A DNA stretch of 64,000 bases from Bacteroidia bacterium (GTDB taxonomy: Bacteria; Bacteroidota; Bacteroidia; AKYH767-A; OLB10), in contig JAEUTI010000077.1 of assembly GCA_016788065.1 (NCBI GenBank), forward strand, positions 98,628 through 162,627, given 5' to 3'. The notes beneath the pieces are model-generated. The model saw only the letters and a list, made by a program, of their open reading frames with translations. It searched no databases and was not told the origin of the DNA. Below, piece by piece: positions 9,326 to 18,588 of the stretch. Position numbers and translations under genes: made by a program. How positions within the stretch are numbered: the first letter of the stretch is position 1; the number at the start of each line of letters is the position of its first letter.

Positions 9326-11227
9326 ATGTGTGGAATAGCCGGAATTGTTTCCTTTAATGAGTCCGGTGCAAGCTGGCTTGATAAAATAAATCTGGCAAGT
9401 TCATGCCTGGCTTTGCGGGGTCCCGATGCTGAAGGATTTTACCGTTCTCGCAATATTGCTTTTGCTCACCGGAGATTATCGGTTATAGATACTTCTGATG
9501 CTGCTAATCAACCGATGTCGGATACCGAAGGACGATTTACCATTGTTTTTAACGGGGAGTTTTTCAATTATAAAATGCATCGGGAGCGTTTAATCCAAGC
9601 AGGAGAAAAGTTTGAAACACACAGTGATACAGAGGTGTTACTTAGACTTTACATGAAGGAAGGGCCGAACTGCCTGAGACATGTGAACGGATTTTTTGCA
9701 CTCGCAATTCACGATAAAAAAGATGATTCGGTTTTTGTTGCCCGTGATCGAATGGGCATCAAACCATTAGTATATTACATTGATGATGACAAACTGGTTT
9801 TTGCCAGTGAACTGAAAGCATTAATGGCAGTGGGAATTCCCAGAAATTTAGATCGGATTTCATTGTTGAATTATTTTCAGTTGAACTACATTCCCGGACC
9901 GGCATCGGTTTTTGAAAATGTTTCTAAATTGAAACCGGGTCATTATCTCCACTTTCATCCTGCCAAAGGCAGAAAAAACTGTACAGAAACCTGCTATTAC
10001 CAAATACCAAAACCGGGTTCACAAATTTTTAGCGGATCTTATGAGGATGCACAATCGAAATTGCAGGAATTGCTGGCTCAGTCAGTAGAGCGCCGTTTGG
10101 TTGCTGATGTCCCTTTAGGTGCCTTTTTAAGTGGAGGCATCGACTCCTCTGTAATTGTTGCTATTGCATCCCAATACACTCCGCATCTGAATACTTTTTC
10201 AATTGGCTATAAAGATGAACCTATGTATGATGAGACTGCTTATGCAAAAATGGTTGCTGATAAGTACAAAACCAATCATACTGTTTTCGAATTAAGCAAT
10301 GATGATTTGTACGGTAATCTGTTCAATGTATTGGATTATCTGGATGAACCTTTTGCTGATTCATCGGCTCTTGCAGTGAATATTCTGAGTCAACATACCC
10401 GAAAGCATGTTACCGTTGCTCTTTCCGGAGATGGTGCCGATGAAATGTTTGCCGGTTATAATAAACATCGTGCTGAATGGATGGTCAGAAACAAACCCCT
10501 GTTCACACAATCAGTAAAAATTGCTTCTCCCCTGCTTAGTCCCTTTAGTGGTGCAAGAAATTCACCGCTGGCAAATAAAATACGACAACTGCATCGTTAC
10601 GCAACAGGTTCGCGGCTAAGTCCCTCTGATCGCTACTGGCGCTGGTGTGCTTTTATTGGAGAATCGGAAATAGATAAAATGCTGGATTTTACCTACTCCA
10701 ACAGCGACTACTTCAGACGTAAAAAACAATTGTTACAACCAATTGGTAATAGAGAAAAGCTGAATGATGTATTGTATATGGATATGCATTTCGTGCTTCC
10801 AAACGATATGTTAGTAAAGGTGGATATGATGTCGATGGCAAATAGTCTCGAAGTACGTGTTCCTTTCCTCGATTATGAACTGGTAAACTTTGCTTTTACT
10901 TTACCGGATTCGTTTAAAATGGACCCTTCTAATTCAAAGAAAATATTGCGTGAAACTTATCGATCTCAATTACCTGAAGCGCTTTTTACCCGACCCAAAC
11001 ATGGTTTTGAAGTACCGCTGCTGAAGTGGTTCAGAACCGGATTGAAAAGTATGATAACCGATGATTTGTTGAGTGATGAATTCATCGACAGACAAGGATT
11101 ATTTAACACGGAAGAAATTCGAAACCTTAAATCCAGACTTTTTTCTGCTAATCCCGGTGAAATTGAAGCCCGCATCTGGGGCTTGATAGTTTTTCAATAT
11201 TGGTGGAAAAAATATATGGATTCCTAA
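9326..11227 (+). CDS. Asparagine synthase (glutamine-hydrolysing) family amidotransferase, first gene of the EPS locus
   Basis: MCGIAG N-terminal nucleophile Cys and the SGGIDSS PP-loop motif. Confidence 0.8.
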   Translation: MCGIAGIVSFNESGASWLDKINLASSCLALRGPDAEGFYRSRNIAFAHRRLSVIDTSDAANQPMSDTEGRFTIVFNGEFFNYKMHRERLIQAGEKFETHSDTEVLLRLYMKEGPNCLRHVNGFFALAIHDKKDDSVFVARDRMGIKPLVYYIDDDKLVFASELKALMAVGIPRNLDRISLLNYFQLNYIPGPASVFENVSKLKPGHYLHFHPAKGRKNCTETCYYQIPKPGSQIFSGSYEDAQSKLQELLAQSVERRLVADVPLGAFLSGGIDSSVIVAIASQYTPHLNTFSIGYKDEPMYDETAYAKMVADKYKTNHTVFELSNDDLYGNLFNVLDYLDEPFADSSALAVNILSQHTRKHVTVALSGDGADEMFAGYNKHRAEWMVRNKPLFTQSVKIASPLLSPFSGARNSPLANKIRQLHRYATGSRLSPSDRYWRWCAFIGESEIDKMLDFTYSNSDYFRRKKQLLQPIGNREKLNDVLYMDMHFVLPNDMLVKVDMMSMANSLEVRVPFLDYELVNFAFTLPDSFKMDPSNSKKILRETYRSQLPEALFTRPKHGFEVPLLKWFRTGLKSMITDDLLSDEFIDRQGLFNTEEIRNLKSRLFSANPGEIEARIWGLIVFQYWWKKYMDS

Positions 11228-11237
11228 TTTTCTGAAA

Positions 11238-12410
11238 ATGCCGAAAGTTCTAAGAATAATTAACAGACTGAATTTGGGTGGACCAACCTACAATGCTGCT
11301 TATCTGTCGAAATATCTGGCACCGGAATTTGAAACGATGCTTGTAGCCGGGATCAAAGAGGATGACGAAGAGAGTTCTGAATTCATTGTAACCGATATGG
11401 GGCTTCAACCGGTTTACATTCCTGAAATGAGACGTGAAATTAATTTTACGAATGACCGGATAGCCTATCAGAAAATTAAAAAACTCATAGCTGAATTTAA
11501 ACCCGATATTGTGCACACCCATGCTGCAAAAGCAGGCACTTTGGGAAGATTGGCAGCAGCCAATTCCGGTGTGCCGGTAATATTACATACGTTTCATGGC
11601 CATGTGTTTCACTCTTATTTTAATCCTTTGAAAACAGCCGTTTTTAAATCTGTTGAACGTTACCTTAGTAAAAAAAGCACGGCAATTATTGCCATCAGCG
11701 ATATTCAAAAAGAAGAGCTGTGTGCTGAACATAAAGTCTGCAAACCATCCCAGACAGTAGTTATTCCATTAGGATTTGATCTTACCAGGTTCCAGTCAGA
11801 CCAACATGCAAAACGTGCTGCTTTCAGGACAGCTTATAAAATTGATGATGATACGGTGGCTATTGCTATTGTTGGACGCATTGTTCCGGTTAAGAATCAC
11901 GAATTGTTCATTCGCGGATTTGCAGCTGTTAAGGCTGCTTATAAGGGAAAGGTTAAGGGGTTTATTATTGGAGATGGAGATGACCGTTCGAAAATGGAAC
12001 AAATTGCTGAATCGCTGGGATTGACTTCGGAAGACCTTGTTTTTACATCCTGGATTTTTGATGTTGATCGACCACTTGCAGGATGTGACATTGTTGCAAT
12101 GACATCGCTGAATGAAGGCACACCGGTTAGTCTTATCGAAGCACAGGCAGCCGGAAAACCAATTGTTACCACCGAAGTTGGAGGCATTGGAAATGTGGTA
12201 ATTCCCGGAAAAACGGCTTTGCTCTCACCTTCTCAGGATCTTGAAGGATTCACTCAAAACTTACTAAAATTGGTTGAAGATAAGGCACTTAGAGCAAATA
12301 TAAGTGCACTGGGCTGGGAACATGTTCGTCAACGATTTCACTATGAACGACTTGTGGGTGACATGCGTAAATTGTATACGAAATTGTTATCCGAAAAGAA
12401 GGTTGTGTAA
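11238..12410 (+). CDS. Glycosyltransferase family 4 (GT-B fold)
   Basis: N-terminal RLNLGGP motif and a C-terminal E-x7-E-like region (SLNEGTPVSLIEAQAAGKPIV). Confidence 0.75.
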   Translation: MPKVLRIINRLNLGGPTYNAAYLSKYLAPEFETMLVAGIKEDDEESSEFIVTDMGLQPVYIPEMRREINFTNDRIAYQKIKKLIAEFKPDIVHTHAAKAGTLGRLAAANSGVPVILHTFHGHVFHSYFNPLKTAVFKSVERYLSKKSTAIIAISDIQKEELCAEHKVCKPSQTVVIPLGFDLTRFQSDQHAKRAAFRTAYKIDDDTVAIAIVGRIVPVKNHELFIRGFAAVKAAYKGKVKGFIIGDGDDRSKMEQIAESLGLTSEDLVFTSWIFDVDRPLAGCDIVAMTSLNEGTPVSLIEAQAAGKPIVTTEVGGIGNVVIPGKTALLSPSQDLEGFTQNLLKLVEDKALRANISALGWEHVRQRFHYERLVGDMRKLYTKLLSEKKVV

Positions 12411-12449
12411 ATCAATTGACTAAAGTGTTTCCGGTGGAGGAAATTTCAT

Positions 12450-12457
12450 TATTTTTG
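12450..12457 (+). promoter_or_regulatory. -7 box TATTTTTG upstream of the Wza-like gene
   Basis: Matches TAnnTTTG. Confidence 0.4.
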
Positions 12458-12482
12458 TAAAAGTTAAAATAAATCCTAAAAT

Positions 12483-13262
12483 ATGCGTAAATTACTGTTT
12501 GTCATTCTGTTAGCTCCATTCTTCTCGTGTAATATCAATCCGAGCATCATGTTCAAGACCGGAAGTGATTATCCATACAAAGTTGATCAGACGATCGGAA
12601 ACATTGAATACCGCATTGCAACCAATGATATTGTTGGTTTCAGTGTTTTTACCAACGATGGTTTTAAGCTTGTCGATTTAACCACAGGAGTAACTACGAT
12701 GACTGCAACCGGAGGAGGTGGCAGTCAGAATTTCAACTCCAACAATTCTACCCGTTTCCCTGTAGATGTTGAAGGTTTTGTTAAGCTTCCTATCATTGGT
12801 AAAGTGAAAGTTGTGGATTTAACTGTTCGTGAAGCTGAAAGACTATTAGAAGATAAATATGCAGTGTACTACAACAAGCCTTTTGTAATGCTGAATGTGG
12901 TAAACCGTCGTGTGATGGTATTCCCGGGTACCGGTGGTGCCGGTAAAGTAGTTTTGCTAGAGAATGAAAATACAACATTGATTGAAGCCTTGGCTTTAGC
13001 TGGTGGTATCACCGAAACCGGCCAGGCAAATATTATTAAACTCATTCGTGGTGATTCAAGAAATCCTCAGGTTCACCTCATTGATCTTTCAACAGTTGAA
13101 GGAATGAAACAAAGTAATTTGTTGCTTCAGGCTAATGATATTATTTATGTTGAACCAGTTAAGAGAGTATCAAGAGGAGTGTTAGCTGAAATTACACCTT
13201 TGGTGGGAATTGTCACCAGTTTATTACTTCTCTATGAAATTGTAATTAATAAGGCTAATTAA
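12483..13262 (+). CDS. Polysaccharide export protein (Wza-like, Poly_export + SLBB)
   Basis: N-terminal signal/lipobox-like FFSC, the YRIATNDIV motif, and its position immediately upstream of the Wzc-like gene. Confidence 0.75.
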   Translation: MRKLLFVILLAPFFSCNINPSIMFKTGSDYPYKVDQTIGNIEYRIATNDIVGFSVFTNDGFKLVDLTTGVTTMTATGGGGSQNFNSNNSTRFPVDVEGFVKLPIIGKVKVVDLTVREAERLLEDKYAVYYNKPFVMLNVVNRRVMVFPGTGGAGKVVLLENENTTLIEALALAGGITETGQANIIKLIRGDSRNPQVHLIDLSTVEGMKQSNLLLQANDIIYVEPVKRVSRGVLAEITPLVGIVTSLLLLYEIVINKAN

Positions 13263-13284
13263 CCCGGAACTTACTCCTTTTTAA

Positions 13285-15717
13285 ATGCCCCGTAAAAAAA
13301 TAACTCCCCTAAATGAGGAGTTCGATTTTAAGCTGTTTGTAACAATTGCCAAGAAGAATGCCTTGTGGTTTGGCTTCTTCCTGTTCTTGTCATTCATGTT
13401 TGCTTTTTTATACCTCAGATATACAGCTCCAATTTATGAGGCTACTACTATTGTCAAGCTTTCGGATGAAAATAATGCCGGACTGGTATTAGATCAAAAA
13501 GATAACATGTTTCTGGAGAACATGAATCAACTTGCCGGCGATATTGAACTTATCCGATCTAAGATTATTGCCAAAAGAGCTATTTCAAAATTGCAACTGG
13601 ATGTCAGTTATTTTGCAAAAGGAACAGTACTTGATTATGAACTTTACAATGCCTCTCCTTTTGAAGTAGAAGTCAGGCTTAAAGACTCTACCGTTTTCAA
13701 TAAACCGTTTTTTGTTGAATTCAAAGATAATAACTCGTTTACGCTTCGATACACTTATCAGGGTGAGAAAATTGAAGATGTTAACTATAAGATTGATCAA
13801 TGGATCAGTTTCCCATTTGCTGATTTTAAAGTGCATATCAGAGATTATGAAAACATCTCATCCCAGCAAAAAGAGTTTGATCAGAATGCTTACTATTTCA
13901 TGGTGAATAACCTGAATAATGTAGTTACACGAATTGTTAAGGATCTGGTGGTTACTCCTTTAAATCCTGAAGCAAAAACAGTTACTATCAAGCTGAAAGA
14001 GAAAAATTCTGCAAAAGCTTCCGACATAGTGAATAACATTGCAGAAGAATTTAATTCCTATGATGTTGAAAAAAGCAGTGAAGCTGCCAACAATATTCTG
14101 AACTTCATTGATACCACCCTATCACAGGTAAACATTAACCTGAGTGAATCAGAAGACAGACTGGAAGATTTTAAGCGTGAAAACAAACTGATCGATCCAA
14201 CCATTTTCCTTCAGGATATCACAGGTAAAATAAATAACCTGCAGGAAAAAGCCTCTGTTATCAGATTTCAATTGCAGCTCATCGCCAAAATGAAAGGCGA
14301 GATAAAACAGAACAATGGAGTGAACAATTATCTGGTGCAAATGACCGGAATCAATAAAGATGGTAAACTTTCACGGGAATTGGATGTACTTTCAAGGGTT
14401 GTTGGTGAAAGGGATGAACTATTAATTCAATCGACCGACCAGACTGAAATTTATAAAGCTTACGATCTTAAAATCGAGAATCAGAAGAGTTTATTAATGA
14501 ATCTGATTTCAAATGAACAAAGTCGCCTTGAAGAAGAGTTGAAGGAACTTGATAAAGAACTCTTCATTAATGATTCCAAGTTTGGTGAGTTACCTCAGAA
14601 ACAAGCTGAGTTTGGAAGGTTAAGCCGGATGTATGGTATCAATGAGAAGTTTTATTCTTTGTTGCTTGAAAAGAAAGCTGAATTTTCGATAACCAGAGCA
14701 GGTTTTGTTCCTAAGAACGTGATACTGGAAAAAGCAAATCCGGCATCTGCTCCTGTTTCTCCCAATCGTCCTCTCATTATCAGTGCATCACTGATCATCG
14801 GATTTGTAATCAGCTTTCTGCTGATTATTGTGAGATATCTTGTTCATGATGAAATTGGAACTTTAGAAGATATTGAACCATACACCGATGCAGCTTTATT
14901 AGGTATCATTCCAAAATATAAAAGGGAGATTCCGATTTCACAATTGCTGGTCGACAAAAATCCTAAGTCTATTATTGCTGAAGCATTCCGCTCTATTCGA
15001 ACTAACCTGCAGTTTATTTCGAATGATGAAAATGCCAAAGTAATTGCCGTTACGTCAACCATATCAGGTGAAGGAAAAACATTTAATGCTATTAACCTTG
15101 CAGGGGTAATTGCCTTTTCAGGTAAGAAGGTTGTAATTCTGGATCTCGATATGAGGAAACCTAAAATTCACCTGGGTTTCAATGTGGAAAATAACAGGGG
15201 CATCAGTACACTTCTTATCGGGAAAGATACAGTGAATGAATGTATCATTAAAAGCTCCCTCGAAAATCTCGATTTTATTACTGCAGGGCCCATCCCTCCT
15301 AACCCATCCGAGCTTATTATTAGTTCTAATATGGATGAGCTATTGGAATATCTGAAAACTGTTTACGACATCATCATTATAGATACCCCACCTGTAGGAA
15401 TTGTTAGTGATGGTATTCCTATTATCAAGCGTGCCGATTATCCTTTGTACATCTTAAGAGCTAATTATTCCCGTAAAATGTTTGTGAATAATATCAACAA
15501 ACTTATCGATGAAAGCAAAGTGAAAAAATTGTCACTCATTCTTAATGGTGTTGATCTTTCAAAACTGAAATATGGTTATGGCTACAATTATAGCTATGGC
15601 TATGGTTACGGTTATGGATATGGTTATGGATATGGCTATTATGAAGAAGATCATCAAGAGCCTACTTTTATGGATAAGGTGAAAGGCATATTTATCAGAA
15701 CCAAGAAAAAAGATTAA
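13285..15717 (+). CDS. Polysaccharide co-polymerase / tyrosine autokinase (Wzc/GumC-like)
   Basis: Wzz-like N-terminal domain with two TM segments, Walker A TSTISGEGKT, Walker A' ILDLDMRKP, Walker B IIIIDTPP, and a C-terminal Tyr cluster. Confidence 0.85.
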   Translation: MPRKKITPLNEEFDFKLFVTIAKKNALWFGFFLFLSFMFAFLYLRYTAPIYEATTIVKLSDENNAGLVLDQKDNMFLENMNQLAGDIELIRSKIIAKRAISKLQLDVSYFAKGTVLDYELYNASPFEVEVRLKDSTVFNKPFFVEFKDNNSFTLRYTYQGEKIEDVNYKIDQWISFPFADFKVHIRDYENISSQQKEFDQNAYYFMVNNLNNVVTRIVKDLVVTPLNPEAKTVTIKLKEKNSAKASDIVNNIAEEFNSYDVEKSSEAANNILNFIDTTLSQVNINLSESEDRLEDFKRENKLIDPTIFLQDITGKINNLQEKASVIRFQLQLIAKMKGEIKQNNGVNNYLVQMTGINKDGKLSRELDVLSRVVGERDELLIQSTDQTEIYKAYDLKIENQKSLLMNLISNEQSRLEEELKELDKELFINDSKFGELPQKQAEFGRLSRMYGINEKFYSLLLEKKAEFSITRAGFVPKNVILEKANPASAPVSPNRPLIISASLIIGFVISFLLIIVRYLVHDEIGTLEDIEPYTDAALLGIIPKYKREIPISQLLVDKNPKSIIAEAFRSIRTNLQFISNDENAKVIAVTSTISGEGKTFNAINLAGVIAFSGKKVVILDLDMRKPKIHLGFNVENNRGISTLLIGKDTVNECIIKSSLENLDFITAGPIPPNPSELIISSNMDELLEYLKTVYDIIIIDTPPVGIVSDGIPIIKRADYPLYILRANYSRKMFVNNINKLIDESKVKKLSLILNGVDLSKLKYGYGYNYSYGYGYGYGYGYGYGYYEEDHQEPTFMDKVKGIFIRTKKKD

Positions 15718-15723
15718 TTCTCA

Positions 15724-16266
15724 ATGAAAGTAACTCCCCTTGCACTAAAGGGACTTTTGCTGATAGAACCGGTTATTTTTACCGATGAAAGAGGCTATTT
15801 CTTTGAATCTTTTAATGAAGATCGCTTCAGGAAAGCTGGAATCGATGTTTCCTTTGTTCAAGATAATCATTCTTTATCATCGAAAGGAGTATTAAGAGGG
15901 TTGCATTTTCAAAAACCTCCGTTTGAACAAGGAAAACTGGTTCGTGTTGCCCATGGCTCTGTCCTCGATGTTGTGGTCGATATCCGCAAAAATTCACCCG
16001 ATTATGGCAAAAGCCTTTCAATGGTTTTGTCATCTGCTAATAATCAAATGCTCTGGATTCCACCCGGATTTGCTCATGGTTTTCTAGCCCTGGAAAATGA
16101 AACGGTGTTTCTTTACAAATGCTCGAACCCATATCACAAAGAATCCGAAAGTGGTATTATCTGGAACGATGCCGATTTAAATATTGATTGGGGCTTAACC
16201 AATCCCATTATATCATCAAAAGATCTCGAATTACCTTCCTTTAAGGACTTAGTTTCGGTATTTTAA
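15724..16266 (+). CDS. rfbC: dTDP-4-dehydrorhamnose 3,5-epimerase
   Basis: FTDERGYFFESF, LRGLHFQ and KLVRV...G.V.DVVVDIR motifs, characteristic of RmlC. Confidence 0.85.
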   Translation: MKVTPLALKGLLLIEPVIFTDERGYFFESFNEDRFRKAGIDVSFVQDNHSLSSKGVLRGLHFQKPPFEQGKLVRVAHGSVLDVVVDIRKNSPDYGKSLSMVLSSANNQMLWIPPGFAHGFLALENETVFLYKCSNPYHKESESGIIWNDADLNIDWGLTNPIISSKDLELPSFKDLVSVF

Positions 16267-16273
16267 TTTATAA

Positions 16274-16314
16274 ATATTTCATATTTAATTGATTTTCAAT
16301 TTAATATGAAATAT
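16274..16314. repeat. AT-rich inverted repeat: 19-nt arms with 1 mismatch and a 3-nt spacer, between rfbC and the WecA-like gene
   Basis: ATATTTCATATTTAATTGA ttt TCAATTTAATATGAAATAT. It starts 8 nt after the rfbC stop. Confidence 0.8.
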
Positions 16315-16390
16315 ATTGCTAACACCGAATATGTTAATATTCTCTTCACTCCGGTAGTAGTAAAATGTATTTTATTTAGTCAGAATTTAG

Positions 16391-16398
16391 TACGTTTG
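16391..16398 (+). promoter_or_regulatory. -7 box TACGTTTG upstream of the WecA-like gene
   Basis: Matches TAnnTTTG. Confidence 0.4.
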
Positions 16399-16432
16399 TG
16401 CTTTATAACTTGTTGAACTTTAATATCCTGCT

Positions 16433-17554
16433 ATGGATCAACTTCTACAAGAACATTATCACTTAGTCATATACAGTGTGTTCTTTGTGAGTTCGGTAAT
16501 ATTTTCTTTCCTTATGAATAATCTCTTTCTGAGATTTTTCAAAACACTGGGTATAAGAAATAATAACGACGGAACCATTATTCGCTGGGGAGCGCTTTCG
16601 AAACCTGCAGTGGGTGGGATTTCATTTTATATTCTCTTCCTGCTTTCAGTTGCTTGTTACTCAGTATTCTTCAGCCCTAGTCAGGTTTTTTACAATACAA
16701 AGTTTATCGGATTACTCCTGTCTATGGCTTTGGGATTCATAGTTGGTCTTGCCGACGATGCTTACGACACTAAACCATTCCTGAAATTCTTTGTGCAGTT
16801 TTCATGCGGTGCAATTATGATCGCTACCGGAATCAGAATTGAAATATTTGAATGGGAAGCACTGAACATTATTTTTACTTTGTTTTGGGTGGTTGGAATC
16901 ATGAATTCCATAAACATGCTCGATAACATGGACGGAATCACTACTACCGTTTCTATCGGAATTGTGATTTGTGCCATGATTATTATTTTAACCAATTCCG
17001 ATTTCGAAAACATGCACCTCATTATTTTGGTAGGTGTATTGTCTTCCCTCCTCACCTTCTTATGGTTCAACTGGAATCCATCGAGGATGTACATGGGGGA
17101 TACAGGAAGTCAGTTTTTAGGAGCCTTTCTGGCTGCAATTGGTATTATGTATTTTTGGAATGACCATTATGTTGGAGCAATAATTTCTCCTGCAAGGCAG
17201 TTTATAATTGCAATCATGTGTTTCATTTTACCTGTCATCGATACTACTGTGGTTGTTTATAATCGGGTTTCGAGTGGAAAATCTCCATTTGTTGGAGGAA
17301 AAGATCATACCACTCACTCTCTGGCTTATTTGGGTTTGACGGATCGCCAGGTGGCACTTTGTTTTATGGGCTTATCATTTATTTCTACCATCTGCATTTT
17401 TGTTATTGAGAACTACATTACAGAATGGTCACATCTTTATACCGCCATCTTTGGTTTGTACTTTCTTTCATTACTTGTATTCTTTTTTAATGCTACACGT
17501 AAAGCAGCAATGAAACGAGCACAAACCGATAAGAAAGTTGCCGGAACAACATGA
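16433..17554 (+). CDS. Polyprenyl-phosphate sugar-1-phosphate transferase (MraY/WecA family)
   Basis: About 10 TM segments, plus the GLADD and NMLDNMDG motifs. Confidence 0.8.
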   Translation: MDQLLQEHYHLVIYSVFFVSSVIFSFLMNNLFLRFFKTLGIRNNNDGTIIRWGALSKPAVGGISFYILFLLSVACYSVFFSPSQVFYNTKFIGLLLSMALGFIVGLADDAYDTKPFLKFFVQFSCGAIMIATGIRIEIFEWEALNIIFTLFWVVGIMNSINMLDNMDGITTTVSIGIVICAMIIILTNSDFENMHLIILVGVLSSLLTFLWFNWNPSRMYMGDTGSQFLGAFLAAIGIMYFWNDHYVGAIISPARQFIIAIMCFILPVIDTTVVVYNRVSSGKSPFVGGKDHTTHSLAYLGLTDRQVALCFMGLSFISTICIFVIENYITEWSHLYTAIFGLYFLSLLVFFFNATRKAAMKRAQTDKKVAGTT

Positions 17555-18534
17555 AGAAGCATTTTCTTTTAGGCTTTGGTAGCTGCCTGCTTTTAGTGTC
17601 AGCAATCATTTTTATTTATGCGACCGGCACCGACCGAAAAGCAAGGTGGGCAGAGTTCAATAACAAATATGGAATATTTGCACTTGATCTTCCTGAAAAT
17701 CCAACATTCGCAGGTGAGCCTGTGCCTTTGCAAATATCAGATGTGAGGGAGCGTTTCGACAGGGAATTATTGGTAAACACTTATTGGCAATCACAGACCC
17801 TGTTACTGTTAAAACGAAAAGAACGTTGGTTTGGAATCATTGAACCCATCCTGAAACAAAATCAGATACCTGATGATTTCAAATACCTCGCTCTTGCCGA
17901 AAGTGGCTTGACCAACGTGGTGAGTCCTTCAGGGGCAAGTGGATTCTGGCAGTTTCTGGAAGGAACCGGAAAAAATTTCGGACTAAAAATAAATAGTGAA
18001 GTTGATGAAAGATATCATCTTGAAAAAGCCACCGTTGCCGCATGCGCATATCTGAAATCGGCCTATCAGAAATTTAATAGCTGGTCACTGGTAGCTGCAT
18101 CTTATAATATGGGTATGGAAGGTGTTAGCAGGCAGTTGGAAAAGCAACAGGTGAAAAATTATTATGACCTGCTTTTGGTAGAGGAAACCTCACGTTATGT
18201 ATTCCGGATTCTGGCGTTGAAGGAAATTTGTGAGAATCCTATTGCCTATGGTTTCCATCTCCGGAAAAGAGATTTCTACAAACCGTATCATTTTGTGGTT
18301 GTGGAAGTTGATTCAACTGTCCCTGATTTGGCAATTTTTGCTCAGATTCATGCTATTAACTACAAAGAATTAAAATTGTTAAACCCTTGGTTAAGATCTA
18401 ATTCGTTGACAGTCAAACCAGGAGAAAAGTACGAAATTAAAATTCGTAGAAATAATCCCGGAGAAGGTGTGGCAGATGAATCCGACACCTTATGGATGAA
18501 AACATTGCCTGAGAAAGAATTCCATCGCGAATAA
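17551..18534 (+). CDS. Lytic transglycosylase (SLT-domain, MltD-like) with N-terminal membrane anchor
   Basis: Catalytic region LALAESGL...GASGFWQF...AASYNMG. Its ATG overlaps the upstream stop (ATGA). Confidence 0.7.
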   Translation: MKKHFLLGFGSCLLLVSAIIFIYATGTDRKARWAEFNNKYGIFALDLPENPTFAGEPVPLQISDVRERFDRELLVNTYWQSQTLLLLKRKERWFGIIEPILKQNQIPDDFKYLALAESGLTNVVSPSGASGFWQFLEGTGKNFGLKINSEVDERYHLEKATVAACAYLKSAYQKFNSWSLVAASYNMGMEGVSRQLEKQQVKNYYDLLLVEETSRYVFRILALKEICENPIAYGFHLRKRDFYKPYHFVVVEVDSTVPDLAIFAQIHAINYKELKLLNPWLRSNSLTVKPGEKYEIKIRRNNPGEGVADESDTLWMKTLPEKEFHRE

Positions 18535-18575
18535 TTCTATTTTTAAATCAAATCTCTTTAGGGCTTTTCTTGTTT

Positions 18576-18583
18576 TATCTTTG
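18576..18583 (+). promoter_or_regulatory. -7 box TATCTTTG, only 5 nt upstream of the uvrB ATG
   Basis: TATCTTTG-CAATT-ATG. Confidence 0.45.
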
Positions 18584-18588
18584 CAATT

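Noticed and set aside
15571-15642. A TATGGN hexamer run that looks like a microsatellite and so a possible slipped-strand phase-variation site.
   Set aside because: The units are not identical at the DNA level (tat ggt, tat ggc, tac aat, tat agc, tac ggt, tat gga ...). Any 6-nt slippage would stay in frame. It is simply the coding sequence for the Wzc Tyr-Gly tail.
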